60,177 nucleotides of DNA. Source: Fonticula alba ATCC 38817 (lineage: Eukaryota > Protista > Nucleariida). Where the stretch lies: assembly GCA_000388065.2 (NCBI GenBank), contig KB932202.1; one strand, written 5' to 3'. Shown here in pieces: positions 47,750 through 60,177 of the stretch; within the stretch, counting starts at the first letter, position 1, and each line of letters starts with the position of its first letter. A model generated the notes under the pieces. That model was not told the origin of the DNA. It ran no database searches and worked only from the letters and a program-made list of their open reading frames with translations. Made by a program: the position numbers and the translations under genes.

Positions 47750-49000
47750 CAATGAAAATACCATTACGTCGTTCTGCTGCTCGCTCTATCCCTCGTCCAC
47801 GGCGGGGGGGGGGGCTGTTTTCTGACCTGGGCGCCCTGGAGCCCTGAAGNNNNNNNNNNTTGTGTGTGTTCAAGCATCCATGGTCTGACTGGGGGGGGGG
47901 GGGGGGGCATATAATCGATAGGGCTATTAATAAGCCCCATTCGGTGGCTTTCTCTCGTCCGCCAGGCACAGCCACCTGTGGCGTATACGCCTTTCTGGAA
48001 GGAGACTAGTCTGAAGAGTGCGGAGTTTTCCCGGAGCATGTGATCGCTGGGGATCGAGGCTGGGATCTGCCGCCCTCCAGGCTGGCCGCCGTGCGACACA
48101 TGGCGGAGCCAGCGCCGTATCTATGACTCCAGATTTGGCCCCTCTCGCGGCGCCGGGATTCTTCGGACGCAGTACCTTCGGGTCTCTTCGGTTGGCCCCG
48201 CGCGTGGCCGTGGCTGTGTTGGTGGTGTTCCCCTCGGCCGTCCCCGACCGGGCCGGCGCCCTTCACCGGCGCGGCCGGCGGTTGGCCCAGGTTCCTCGCC
48301 GACCGCAGATATCCGTTGGCTACAGGGGTGTTGGTGGGGAGCCCAGACTGGCCGACACCCTGCCTTCCGTGTGTTCCCGGCACTTGGGGCTTGCTTCCCG
48401 GCCCGCGCCCGCTTCCCCTTCCACTCCTCGTTGGAAGGGGGAATGCTCCCTTCGCTTTGCTTGTGCGCCCAAAAGTCGACTGCTCGTACCGAATGTGTCC
48501 CCCCCCCCCCCCCCCCCCCCCTGCCGCCCTCCCGGAGCCGGAGCCGGAGCCGGAGCTGGTTCCGAGTGCTGGAATCCAGCGGCCAGCCAACGGGGCGATC
48601 CAGCATCAGCTGAGGAACCCACAGGCTTGAGCCATTCTCAGAGAGCTCGATTTCGTGCCGCGGGGCCGGACACAAAACACGCCTCATTGGGAGACCTTGT
48701 TAGCTGCTCTCCGTGCGGGCTCCCTGCGATCTGGGGCCCGGCTGGCGATCGGAGCAGCCTGAGGATGTGGCGATCCGGCGAGTGGACACAAGAGGATCGG
48801 CTGGGGTATGTGTATATGAATGNNNNNNNNNNNNNNNNNNNNNNNNNNNNNNNNNNNNNNNNNNNNNNNNNNNNNNNNNNNNNNNNNNNNNNNNNNNNNN
48901 NNNNNNNNNNNNNNNNNNNNNNNNNNNNNNNNNNNNNNGCCCCCTCTAGGACGGCCTCAGCGGCCTCCTTTCCCTCCCTCCCTCTCTGACAAAGGCAGAC

Positions 49001-52000
49001 ATGCTCCGACTGGCGCGCTTCGCCTCCGGGCATGGCGGAGTTCCTTCCCTTTCCTCGTCATTGCGATCGGCGCGCGTCCCTCACCGGCCGACTGAGGTGT
49101 CACGCGCCGCTTTCTCCTCGCTTGGTCGCGGCGTCGGGGTCTTCCTGCAGCATGACCGCGCTGACAACGCCCCCCCGTCCCCGGCCGCCGGCAAGGTGGC
49201 CTTCCCTTCGTGGTCCGGCTTCCGTGCCTTTGCCTCGTCGTCGGCCACGGCGCCCTCCGGTCCGCGTGGGGCCCAGCCCTCCATCCCCCGGAACACCCTC
49301 TTCCAGAGCTACCCCTCCCTGCCCTTGTACCTCGACTCCATTGGTGACACCATTTCCGATGGGTACCGTCCCCTTTCCTTCCCCCCCCCCTCTCTCTCCC
49401 CCTTCCTGTTCTTCTGTCATATCCTCATCCGGTCACTCCTCTGGTCTTGTCGCTTCGTGCACATTCATTCTAACCACCCCCCCTCTCTCTCTCTCCCCCC
49501 CTCACCCAGGCTTCCCTTTACTCCGCGGATCATCTTGCCAGCCGATGACAACGAGCGTGGGACTCGGATCTACACCGACCTCCTGTCGCGTTTTCAGGCC
49601 TATCGTCAGTCCGGCAGTCAAGATGCCATCCTCCGTGTTCCGAGCGGGGAACTCCCCGCGCAGGCGACCTTCGACCAATCCACTCTCGAGGGGGGCCTCC
49701 CTGCAGCAAACTCCCTGCAGGAGGCCATGCTTTACGCCACGGTGAATGAGCTTCGCGCGCATGTCGCGGCCGAGCACCAGCTCCGCGCCGGGAACCGGGA
49801 CCTGGCTGCTTCAGCCATTGACCTGGACACCTTCGACATGGAGTATGCCCAGGTGGTTGGCAGTCCGAAGCCGCACTCGCCGGGTGAGCTTCCTCGCGCC
49901 GGGGCCGAGGGCGATCGCGCCTACCCTGCTGTGGTGACCAAGTCCTTCCTGCTGGCGCGCGACCTGCGCAACTATCTGCGCCTCTTCGGCCAGACGCGTG
50001 CGTCGACTGCTTCCATTTAGGCCCTGCCTCTGCCCCCTCTCCCCCCCCCCCCCCGTGAATCGGCAACTTTCCCTCATTGACACGCATTGCCGCGCACCTT
50101 TCCCCTGCCCTCTTCGCATCGAAATGCGCGCGCGCACACACACACACAGTGGACAACCACTCCTTGCGCGTTCTGATCAACTCGGCCATGGACACCAATG
50201 TCCAGATTTGGCCCTCAACCTTTGACTACCTGTTCTTCATCTTCCAGCGGCGATCCAGCGCGTCCGATTGCCTGCGCCTTATTGAGCAGCTGGTGTGTCT
50301 CTCTCTCTCTCTCTCTCCCCTTGCCATGAAGACCCCTCGCCCACACTCATTACTGACATTCGACTGTCCCCTCCCTCCGGTCTTTGGGCATCAGGTCGCT
50401 CACAACCTCCCTCTCAAGCGCTCCTTCTTCCTGGCCACCTACTCGTCGCTCTTGCAGTCCGGCACGGTGGTCGACCTGTCGAATGTCATCTCCTTCTACC
50501 TGTCTTATCGCCACCATCCGGAATTCCCCATCACGTCGGACATCCTGCAGCATTTGCTGCTGTTCCACGCCACCCAAACCGGCGCCCACATCAACCTCAT
50601 CAAGAAGGAACTCAATCCCGGCGATCTGGCCAAGATTGTGGAGGGCAGTTCGACGTTTGGCAATGACCATATGAGCCTGCCCGCTGAGCTGACCGACGCC
50701 GCGACCTTGGCCAAAACATCCAAGGCCTCGCTGGACTTCCTGTCTTGCATCTTCGAGGACTTTGGCAAGGTTGAGGCCTCCATCCCCCGGTTGGCTTTCG
50801 AGCGTCTGCTCTTTGAGCTGTGCGTCCTGCGAGACACCCGATCCGCCTTCCGGGTGTACCGGCGTCTGCTTCGTCACCACCCCTCCCTGCCGGAGACCTT
50901 CCTCCCGCTGGAGTGGATCATCTCCTCTTCGAACGAGTGGCCGCTGGAGGTACGCCCCATCCGGTGCCGGGTTGCCCTTTCCGTGTGCCCCCTTCCGACG
51001 CCTTTTCTCTCTCTCGCCCTTCCTCTTTTGTCACCATTTCCCCACATGTTCATACACTCCCCTGGGCACGCGCACACGCTTACACACATGCACACATGCA
51101 CACGCACACGCACACGCACACGCACACGCACACGCACATATGCATATACATATGCACAGAATCTGGACTTCCTCATTCAGGAGTCCGCCTCGCGTGGTGT
51201 CGGGAATATTCTCTTCCCCCTTCAGATCCGCATGTTCACCATGCTCTCGCGCGGAGACCTCGACGGAGTGGTGGCCACGGTCAGCTTCCTGAAGCTCATG
51301 AACATGACCCCCACCACGGGCACCTTTACCAAACTCCTGACGGCTTGCGTCGAGCAGAACCGCTTCGAATACTTGACCCCCCTGCTGGAGCTCTCGGATT
51401 TCCCCATCTTCCTGGCGCAGTACCTGGCCAAGGCCACGTACTTCCACCGGTCGAAGTTCACCCTGACGCAGATCCTGGAAACGGCGCGCATTTCCTACGA
51501 GGTGTCCCGGAGTCAGATGAGCCGGCACACTGGCATGCCGCCCAGCCCGCGGATGGTTCCCTTCGTGCCACAGGTGAAGCTCCCCCGGAGCCTGCGCGAC
51601 CCGCACGCCATCACCGACACGCCCTTCTTCAACTCCCTGGCGGCCAGCATCCGGCGTCACTTCCCCAATGGTCTGCCCCCACAGCGGCAGGTGTTCAACT
51701 CGGCCATCTTCCATGATAATGCCCGTCGGGCGGAGAGTGTCACCATTTCGAGCAAGATCTTCCCCTACTGGCCTCTGCTGGCGCTGGCGCACGCGAGCGC
51801 CGCTGCCGGGCATCCCCTGTCGGCGGCCATCAGATTGGTGGAGCTCTTCCGCTGGCATGGGGTTTCGCCGGTGCACATCTTCGAGTTCCTCACCTCCATC
51901 GACCGGTCGACCAATGGCGTTGGAACCATCACCACGTTGAACTTCCTGATTGCCAAGTTTGGCAATGAGCTGCGCGAGGCCCTCGAGCAGCACCCCGAGC

Positions 52001-52977
52001 TGGATGTCACCCATGATCAGATTATGTTCCGCAGCAGCGCCCAGCGTTCCTTCATCCCGTACCGGAGCCTGCGCGAGGCCATCGATGTCACCATCAAGTC
52101 GCTGACCGACTTGGAGGGGGCCATGAATGACCCGGCCCTGGACCCGCCACGCAAGTACCATGTGTGGCGCCGGCAGCTGGCCATTCTCAACTACTTCTAC
52201 AACAGCAATTCCCCGGTGGTGGATGAGTCTCTCGTTGAGAACCTCAAGCGCATGGACCTGGAGGGTGGTGGTGCCACGCGGGTTGCCTCCGGTGGCGGGT
52301 CGGCCTTCAACACCTCGTCGTCGGCCTCGATCCCGGTATCGGCGGCAGGCGGTGCTGCTGCCGTCGGCAGCGGGGTCACCTCCTCGCTGACCAGCAACTT
52401 CCTCCTGGATCCGAAGAATGCCCCCGGGCCGAAGCTCCAGCGCCCGGCCGATTCGCGTCCGCAGGTGGCCGTGCATCATCGCATCGCTGAGGATGCCCTA
52501 CAGGCGTACCTGGACACGGAGGAGTTCCTGGCGAAGAATCCCCTGCGGGTGGTCCGGTCTACCCCCTCGACCACGGGGCTGGTGGCCTTCCTGCGGAGCC
52601 GTTCCAACTCGACGGTGTTCACTGACGACGATTCGGCGGTCATCAGCGATCTTTGCAACATGCTGATGCGCTGCAGCAGCACTCTACGGCGGATTCTGGC
52701 CAATCAGTCGGAGGAGCGTGCCAACAGTGGCTCCGGCTCGTTTGTGGGCATCAACCCGCTGTTTGACTCGTTCTTCGAGACGCCGTCCGACTCGGGCGAA
52801 GGCGACGGCCTCTCCGCGGGCGCCGGCATGTCCCGCCGTCGCGACTCCCACGATTCCATCGACCACGGTGGCATGTCGGCGCATGAGGAGGACATGATCG
52901 ACATCGACATGTCTTTCGATGACCATGATGGCGTCAACCCGGCAAATTCTTCCTCCGTCTTCCAGCCTTCCAAGTAA
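49001..52977 (+). CDS. Large predicted mitochondrial alpha-solenoid / PPR-like protein
   Basis: Exons 49001-49362, 49510-49997, 50150-50292, 50395-50949 and 51160-52977 (possible extra 72-nt intron). Presequence-like MLRLARFAS..RAAFSS. PPR-like LKLMNMTPTTGTFTKLLTACVEQNRF and AFERLLFELCVLRDTRSAFRVYRRL. Confidence 0.65.
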
Positions 52978-53489
52978 GGGTGTTCAGCGGGGTGGTCCCT
53001 CCCTCCTCCTCCTCCTCCTCCTCCTCCTCTCTCTCTCCCTCTCTCTCGCGCCTCTTGGGACGGTGCGGTTTCGACGCCGGAGCCATGGATAGAGCTCTCC
53101 GCCACCCGCCTCATGCGCGTGCGCGCGCGCGCGCGCGCACGGCCGACGCACATCTCTCCCCTTAGACCCGCTCTCTTCCTCCCCCACCCCGCCTGGGGTG
53201 ACTCCCTGTCCACCTTGTCTTCCCTCCTTCCCTCCACCTTCTGCTGCTCCCGGCTTGGCGTCTGTCTATCTTCGCAACTCCTCGGACCCGCGGGAGCGGT
53301 CGGGGGCAGATGTATTTGCCCCCCCCCCCTCTCTCCCCCTGCCTTCTTGTTTCTGCGTGACCGTACACCTCCTCACCTTTCAAGCCCGGAGGCCTGCCCC
53401 AGCACTGGGGGCATGATTTCGGGGCCTCTGTGTGTGTGTGTATGTGTGTATGTGTATATGTGTGCTTGTGATCCGCACGCGCGCGCGCA

Positions 53490-53536
<47 letters not shown>

Positions 53537-53754
53537 CCCTCCTCCCTATTCCTCTCGCCCATTCAACATAGATCCAAAATATACGACATATTTGAGATGT
53601 TGGGAGTTTCTTTCTTTCTTTTTTTTCTCCATATCAAGGGCGTGTGCCTCTCGCCCTTGGGCTTCCTCTCTCTTCTCCCCACCAGCAAGGCCGTGTGGTC
53701 GAGAGGGAAGGAGGGCAGTCGAGCACGGAGGAGCGAGGACAGGTGTTGCATGCA

Positions 53755-56006
53755 CTAAACAAAGACCACCTGCCGAGTCATCTCCACCACCATGGGCGTC
53801 GACAGGAAGGCGGAGAAGACGTATGCCAGGATGCCGAGGCCGATGGAGATGGGCAAGGCAGGGAGCGGCTTCCGGAAGAGGGCCAGCAGCGAAAGGGTGA
53901 GGCCCAAGCCAACCAGAGTGGACAGGACGCAGGAGATGACCGCGATGGCGGCCGATGCGCCGCCATCGCTGCCATCGGACGTCAGCGCGCCACGGGCCAC
54001 AAGCAGCGAGTAGAAGATATAGTCACCGAGGCCCAGCTGGACCGGCCCCCGGCCGGGGGGCTCATCCCCATCTTCGCCGTCGTCGTCGTCGCCGTCGTCC
54101 TGTTCGTCGGAAACATCCTTCGGGCCAGTCTCAGCATCCAGGATCGGGTTGCCGGTGGTCGAGTCGATGGCCGGGACCGCGGCAGAATCGAGGTCCGAAG
54201 CAGCCGACGGCATGGCCTCGCCAAGGAGCACCGACTCCAGGTGGCCACTGCTGAGCAGGGCTTGGCCAACCTGGGTGTCGGCATCCTCCGGCTGCTCATC
54301 ACCACTGTCATCGCTGGTGCCAGCGGTAAAGGCCAGGATTGGCACACTGTCATCATTTGAGGATGCGAGACGAGCCATGCCGGCTGCCATTCGCCCAGGG
54401 GACAGGTCGGAGTAGGTGGGGTCAGTCGACAGGGGGCAGCCGGCGCCAGGAGAAGCAGGGGGGGGGGGGGAGGAGGAGAAGCAGGAGCGAGTGGCCAAGA
54501 GGGCCATTGGCAGGGGGCAGGGGGCATGCATACCACTGTACAGCAGGGCGGGGATGCTCTGCTGGCGGGTTTGGGACAGGTTGATCAAGAGGTTGAGCGG
54601 GCCCTGGGGGCAGAGCACCGCAAAGAGGTCATAGATGGACACGACAATCAGCACAGCCCAGGCAGTCCAGGAGGGCAGTCCCGAAAGGTTGGTAGCCACC
54701 AGTGCCGACACAATGACCAGATACACCTGCTGCATTCGCAGGGTCAGCTTGCCGAAGACGGCCAGCAAGCCGACGACGGAGAAGTTGAACAGCAGGAAGC
54801 AGAAGGTAACCCAGTCGACTGGGAGATTGTAAGTCTCAAGAAGGCGGCTATACAGGTGGGTTAGTGCCAGGGGGCGTTTGGGCGATGTGGCTTGGTAAGT
54901 CGGCGGCCATGCGTGTATGTATGTATGTGTGTGTGCGTATGTGCGTGTGTGTGTGTGTGTGTGTGTGCGTGTGTGACGGCCCTCGCATGCGCATGCACGC
55001 GCGCGCTCAAAAAAGCGAGCCATCGACGTACTAGAAAACAATACCGCCGATGAAGGAGAGGATGAGGCCCGTGGCGACGATCAACCAGCCATAGATGACC
55101 CGGATGTAGCCATAGTAGAAGAGGGCCAGCAGGATGACCGTGTTGACCAGGATGATGACTAGAAGGATGGCAGCACTGGCGACAGCCACCAGCAGCTGTG
55201 ACCCAGTGGAGAGGGTATTTGTCCCGGTGGAAAGGACGACACCACTATGCAGACGGAAGGGCGGGTGACGAGCAGCCGGCGGGGGTGGGGTGGGATGGAG
55301 CGGGGGAGATGGCAGGAGGACCGCCCGTACAGGGAGAGGTGAGGATCACCGAGCGTCAAGCATGGCGGGGATGCAGGTACAGGAGGAGCGGACGCACGTA
55401 TAGTTGAAGGGCACGCTGAGGAAGATGGTGGGCGCCCACCAGATGACAAGGAAAAAGGTGGCGAAGAGCGAAGCAAACAGACCATAGATCTGTGGCAGGT
55501 AGAACTGGGCTGCCACCCGCGGAGTCATGGCAAGGTCATCGTCGTCATCGTCATCATCATCATCGTCATCATCATCCCCGTCGGCGCCAAGATCCTCGGG
55601 CCTGGCATCGAGACGGCCATCGTCGAAGGCGCCCGCGCCATCATCGTGGGCCTCATGGGTGACAAGGCCTTCCCCCAGGAGATCGGCCTCCTGCCCGGTG
55701 GGCCCGCGCCCGGAGAAGAAGGGGTCCACAAGAGCTGGACTGTGGCGAGGGGGACATGGTGAGGTGGTGGCACGTTGGCAGGGGGCCGGGGCCGGGGCAG
55801 GGGCCGGGGCAGGGGAAACGTCGGTGGCGGCATCGGTGAGAGGCGTACGGCGGGGTGCCGGGGGTCTGAGGCATGCTGGTGGGGTGTGCCGGGGGAGCAG
55901 ACTGAGCCGGCATGGCGGACTGCTCCGTCCCAGGGGCCACGGGTGGCTGGGCCTGGGTGAAGGTATCGGCCATCAAAGGCGCGGCCCGGAAGAGGCTTGA
56001 CGCCAT
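53755..56006 (-). CDS. PSEN: Presenilin (gamma-secretase catalytic aspartyl protease)
   Basis: Exons ~56006-55849, 55739-55398, 55244-55032, 54847-54534 and 54383-53755. TYNLPVDWVTF..FSVVG, LRMQQVYL, LPSWTAW..IYDLFAVLCPQGPL (first Asp), PALLYS, VQLGLGDYIFYSLL (GxGD) and LPALPISI. The start codon is uncertain (56006 or 55973). Confidence 0.95.
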
Positions 56007-57855
56007 CCTCGCCGGTGATGCACACGGACACGCAGCGGTGAGCTTGTGGATCTCCTGAGCCGGACCCTCTTGTGGAATCTGCGTTGGGCGAGGGGGGAGG
56101 GGGGGGGGGGGGCGTCTGGATGTATAGATATGTGTGTATAAATGTATGTGTGTGTGTGTGTGTGTGTGTCGTAGACAGTCGAGAGAGCACTGCGAAGAGG
56201 CGGGAGGGAGAGGGGACGAGGAGGGGTGGATTGCAAGAAAAAGCCCCCCCCTGCAACAACGGCTGCTCATCTCCCCAAAAAAGAAGAAGAGAACCCGCGC
56301 TCCTGCCCATCCTGAGCTCCTACCTGCGCGTGTCCAACAAAGGCATCCGCCCCTCCTCGAGGACGTCCAGCCTGCACCACCAGCGAGCCGAGCTGACAAT
56401 CCTGGCTTTCAGCTCCAGGAAGGGGGGGGGGGAGGCGGACCGGCGGCTGTTCATCATGTTCGAGGTGATCGATATTTATTCGCGTCCGGGGGTGATCCCC
56501 CCAACCGGCGGGATTACCCTGCGCACCAATCGCTGGAGGTCTTTTTTGGGCCCGGGGGTGTGCGGCCATGCCGGGGGGAGGGGGGGGGGGAGGGGGCGTC
56601 CTAGCTTGCTGCCAGGGAAGCACCATAATGCATGTTGTGTATTGTGTGTTGTGTGTCGTGTGCAGGGGGGGCCCATTAGCACATATTCTTCCCCCCAGCG
56701 GCATGGTCAGGAGGCGGGTCTCGGGCAGTTTTGCAGGAAAGATCACGCCAAGGGGGGAGCTGACAGAATGGAAGGATGATCACATGCAACCCGGCGCCCC
56801 GCATGCCTGAGACCCCTCGATGCTTCACCCACAATTTAGGCCCACCCTTGGCCCTCCATCACGCTCGGTGCGTGGTGTGGCGTGGCTATGTATAGCACGA
56901 AGGCGAGGCGGGGAAAGTGCACCGGCATACATAGGATGGGCGTTGTATCTGCCGATGGCCTGGAGCCAACCGAGCAGCGGCTCCCCCCTCCCCCCGATGT
57001 GTCGGGTCCCATGTTGGAGTGGGCCTTCCCCCAGCACCCCCGAGGCCCCCAAGGCCCTGGAGTTCTGACACCCGTGGCTGGGGGCGATGTGGACCATTGT
57101 TGGGGCCGTGCTTGTGGTTGCCCTGCCCCAAGGGGCTGGGCCCTTTGAGGCGCACGCAGGTGTGGTTGTAAATGCCATGGGCCCACGTCCAGAGGGGGGA
57201 TCGTGGTCTCCCCTCGGGCGGACGGGAGAGCGGTGGCACAGGGGCACATGTGGCACATAGCATGATCGGCGAATGTGTGCCCGAGCCCGGGGCATGGGAG
57301 GTCTGCCGGGCGGACCGTGGACCTGACTGCCGGCCCGGCCGCCGACGCGGCCGATGACCTGACCATCGTCATGTCGCGGCCACCGGGCGCCAGAGCATGA
57401 TGCCCGGCCAGGGTGCAGCAAGCAAATCTTAACACACCCGGCGCCGACGAGAGTCCCCTCAGACAGGCCGGAGTAGCCAGCCTCTCAGGGACATCGACCG
57501 GCGCTGGGCCTGGGTGTTCAGCAAGATTGGCCCGGAGGGTGTTTTGACTGCCCATATGCGCATGCATGCATGCCTGAGTGGGGGGTGGGGGGGGTGGTGG
57601 AGAAGCCTTGGAGCTTCCGAGGGGGGCGGCCTCCTTGTGTGCCGGCGTCCTGCGACCCCCTTCCATGCATCCCCAAGCCCGAGGCGGAGGAGGGCGGCCG
57701 GCAGGTGGTTCCTCGGCGAGGGCACCGGCAGCGGGTCGGGCGTTTCTTCCCGCAGGCCCTTCCTCCGGTCTCGTCCTCCCCTGCCCGGTTCCTGCGTGGG
57801 GGCTGCCCCTTGGTTCGGTCAGGCTGGAGGCCTGCTTTTCCCAACTCATAGGATC

Positions 57856-57891
<36 letters not shown>

Positions 57892-60177
57892 TGCCGTTCT
57901 GGATGAGCATGCGTCATACGTCGGCGATCAGCATGCCTTGATCGTCAAGTGCCAAGCTGCGCACATGCTCGGCCCTCGGGCGTCGGGACTTCTCTGCCCG
58001 AATCACCGGCAGCAGCACCTCCATGCGTGGTCTAGGCGCGCATGGGTGTCGGGCCCCAGGCTGACAACGCCGCAGGCCCCGGCAGGCCAGTAGTCCAGGG
58101 CACGCGCGTCTTCTCCCCGCGCCCAGGGGCACGAGGGTGACGGGAGCTTGTCCTCTTTGGTTGGTCGCCGGCCGAAAGCCTGCACCCTTCCCTGCCCCCC
58201 CCCCCCCCCCCCCCCCCCACCCCGGCCGATGCCAGCAGGCCTGGCCGCCGCATGTGGGCGTTGATAGCCTCGCGCGTGCTTCGCATCACCCATGCTCAGC
58301 GTGGGTAGTAGACATGATCGCCGGGCCAAATTTCCGCCCGTTGGTCCGGGGCTCAGGCGGGGAGTAGCCCGGGCGGGCGCCAGGCTACATGGCCTGGCCG
58401 GCTCAATGCTGACACGCCTCCAGCTGGCGACGAGCCAAATAGTCGGATCGGCCCATGCCTGGCTCCGCCCGAGCCTCCCGCCCGGGGTGGCTTCGGGTCC
58501 CTCAAGTGGGGTCAGCCGGCAGATCGGGAGCATGTCCCCCGGCCGGATGTGACACCACTCTTGCTTATGCCAATCCGAGCAGCCTGACGGAAAACGCGAG
58601 GCCAGGGGCTGCGCGCCCCCCCCCCCCCCCCTCCCTCCCCCCCCGGTCCCGGCCTTCAAGAACGACGACCAGGCGCCTCGGGTCGAGTGGTGAGCGCCAC
58701 GACTACTCCATGTGAGTCCCCATCTCGAAGCCGGCTCTCCAGACACCTGCGCGGTGCATGCACCGTCGCTTGGGAGGCTCCAGCGCCGTGGTCCTCTCCA
58801 CCCCCCCCCCCGCCCCTGGGTGGCCTCCTACGTGTCCGCGATTGCTGGGCTGACTGAGATCTCCGAGGATGCTCGGCATCGCTCGCGTGCCGGAGCACAA
58901 GTGGGCTGAAAGGGTGCCCAGGATGAGTCACCCGGATCTCGATCAGCCGGGTGTGCCCTTTTGGGTGCCCTGCCCCGTGGCGAGGATGCCAGCCTCCGGG
59001 CATAATTGACCGGCGCTTAGCCCCCGGGTGCCGAAAAGGCCGATGGAGGCTCGAAGCTCCTTGGCAGTGTGTGCCACGGGGCGGGAAAATCTGCCCCCCT
59101 CCTGCCGGGGGCTGGGCCCACAATTACAGGACGGCCAACAGCGCGCGCGACTGGGCATCCTGGGAGGACTCTTCGGCGCATCCCAAACATGCGCTCGTGC
59201 TCCCTCTCCCTCCCTCCCGCGCCTCCCCGCCTATCTCACTCTCTTTCTCCGGAGCTCACACATGCACACGGGAGCCCAACTCCTTCCGCCCAAGGAGTGG
59301 GTCGGCAAAAGCGCGTGGCCCGGGCCACGAGGTGTGTGTGTGTGTGTGTGTATGTGGGACGGGGGAGCGCGGAGGCTGTTGTTCTCTCGTGCATTCGTCC
59401 TACCACCTCCTCCGTCGCGCCTCTCCGGCCCTGCCACCCTCTGTTCGGAAGTCTGCCTTTTGAAACAGCCATGCCCATTACTGATTGACACTTAGTCATG
59501 TGGTCTCGCATCGGCCAGGCTGATTGCTGGACGATGGGACGGTGGCGCGCGCCACCCGGAGAGTGCCCCACCCGCAGAGGCCAGGGCGAGGTGGCCAGGA
59601 AATTCCGGAGGCATGCGACATCATCGACAAAACTCGAGAGCGATCATCTCGGCCCCGGGCTGGCTGGCGTCCCGGTCAGCTCTACGGCCGCCATGCTGTC
59701 CCTTGCTTGGCCCACCTCACACAGAGGCGGTGGGGGACGCGCATCCCACGACCGGGGGTGCAAAGGAGCTCGAATACACGGGCAACCTGCGAGACCCGGG
59801 GGCCCTCTCTGTGGTGTGCGGTTTTTTTTTCTCTTTTGTTCGCTCAAGCGGGCAGCAGGAGGAAACGCCCAAAGGGGGGGCGGGGGGCGGGGAGGAGGGA
59901 GAAACAAGGCGCCAGTCCGCGATCGCACCCGAAGGAGGCTGATGCCGGCCGCGGGGCCCCTCTTGTGGTTAAGCCCGCCGAGTGGCGATGGGCCGTGCCA
60001 GCCAGCGACCGCGTTCGAGCGCCCTGCAAGGTTATGGGCGGTGCTGCCGAGGAACGCCGCATCTGGATGCATGGTGCTCTAGACAAGAGTTTTGCCTACA
60101 GGTACCAGGCCTACAATCAGTCTGTGGACAGGAAAGCCACAGACAGGCACACACTTCCCGCGAGGCTTCAGCGCGGC

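Noticed and set aside
59950-60030. tRNA-like words (TGGTTAAG, GTTCGAG); also GGTTCGATC at about 35823
   Set aside because: No T-stem closure (G53-C61) and no acceptor-stem pairing.

Overview
Eukaryotic, very GC-rich, intron-rich genomic DNA with 10 assembly gaps. Most long ORFs in the six-frame track are antisense or GC shadow frames, or run through introns. The GC content, GTGCGT/GTACGT/GTATGT donors, CTRAC branch sites, poly-C introns and fungal-like RPS16/Cox9 suggest a holomycotan amoeba such as Fonticula alba (inference, unverified). Manual splicing gives about 17 genes. In order: LysM-GRAM-TLDc (OXR1-like), intronless Ser/Thr kinase, 2-phosphoglycerate-kinase-like P-loop protein, CUB-domain type I membrane protein, BRE1, a guanylate-binding protein (GBP), FCP1, a possible NDUFAF4-like protein, MPP10, an Smr endonuclease, RPS16, a coiled-coil protein, a Cox9/COX6C-like micro-protein, a small tail-anchored ORF, PEX10, a mitochondrial PPR-like protein and presenilin. 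I found no tRNA, rRNA, CRISPR array or transposon, and no demonstrable novel multi-gene system. The best leads are the GBP with a non-CaaX KKRFFCC lipidation tail, presenilin with GLGDY, an orphan CUB/Cys-rich receptor, Cys clusters in the P-loop kinase, and small mitochondrial ORFs hidden from the ORF track. All family calls come from motif recognition; no database search was run.
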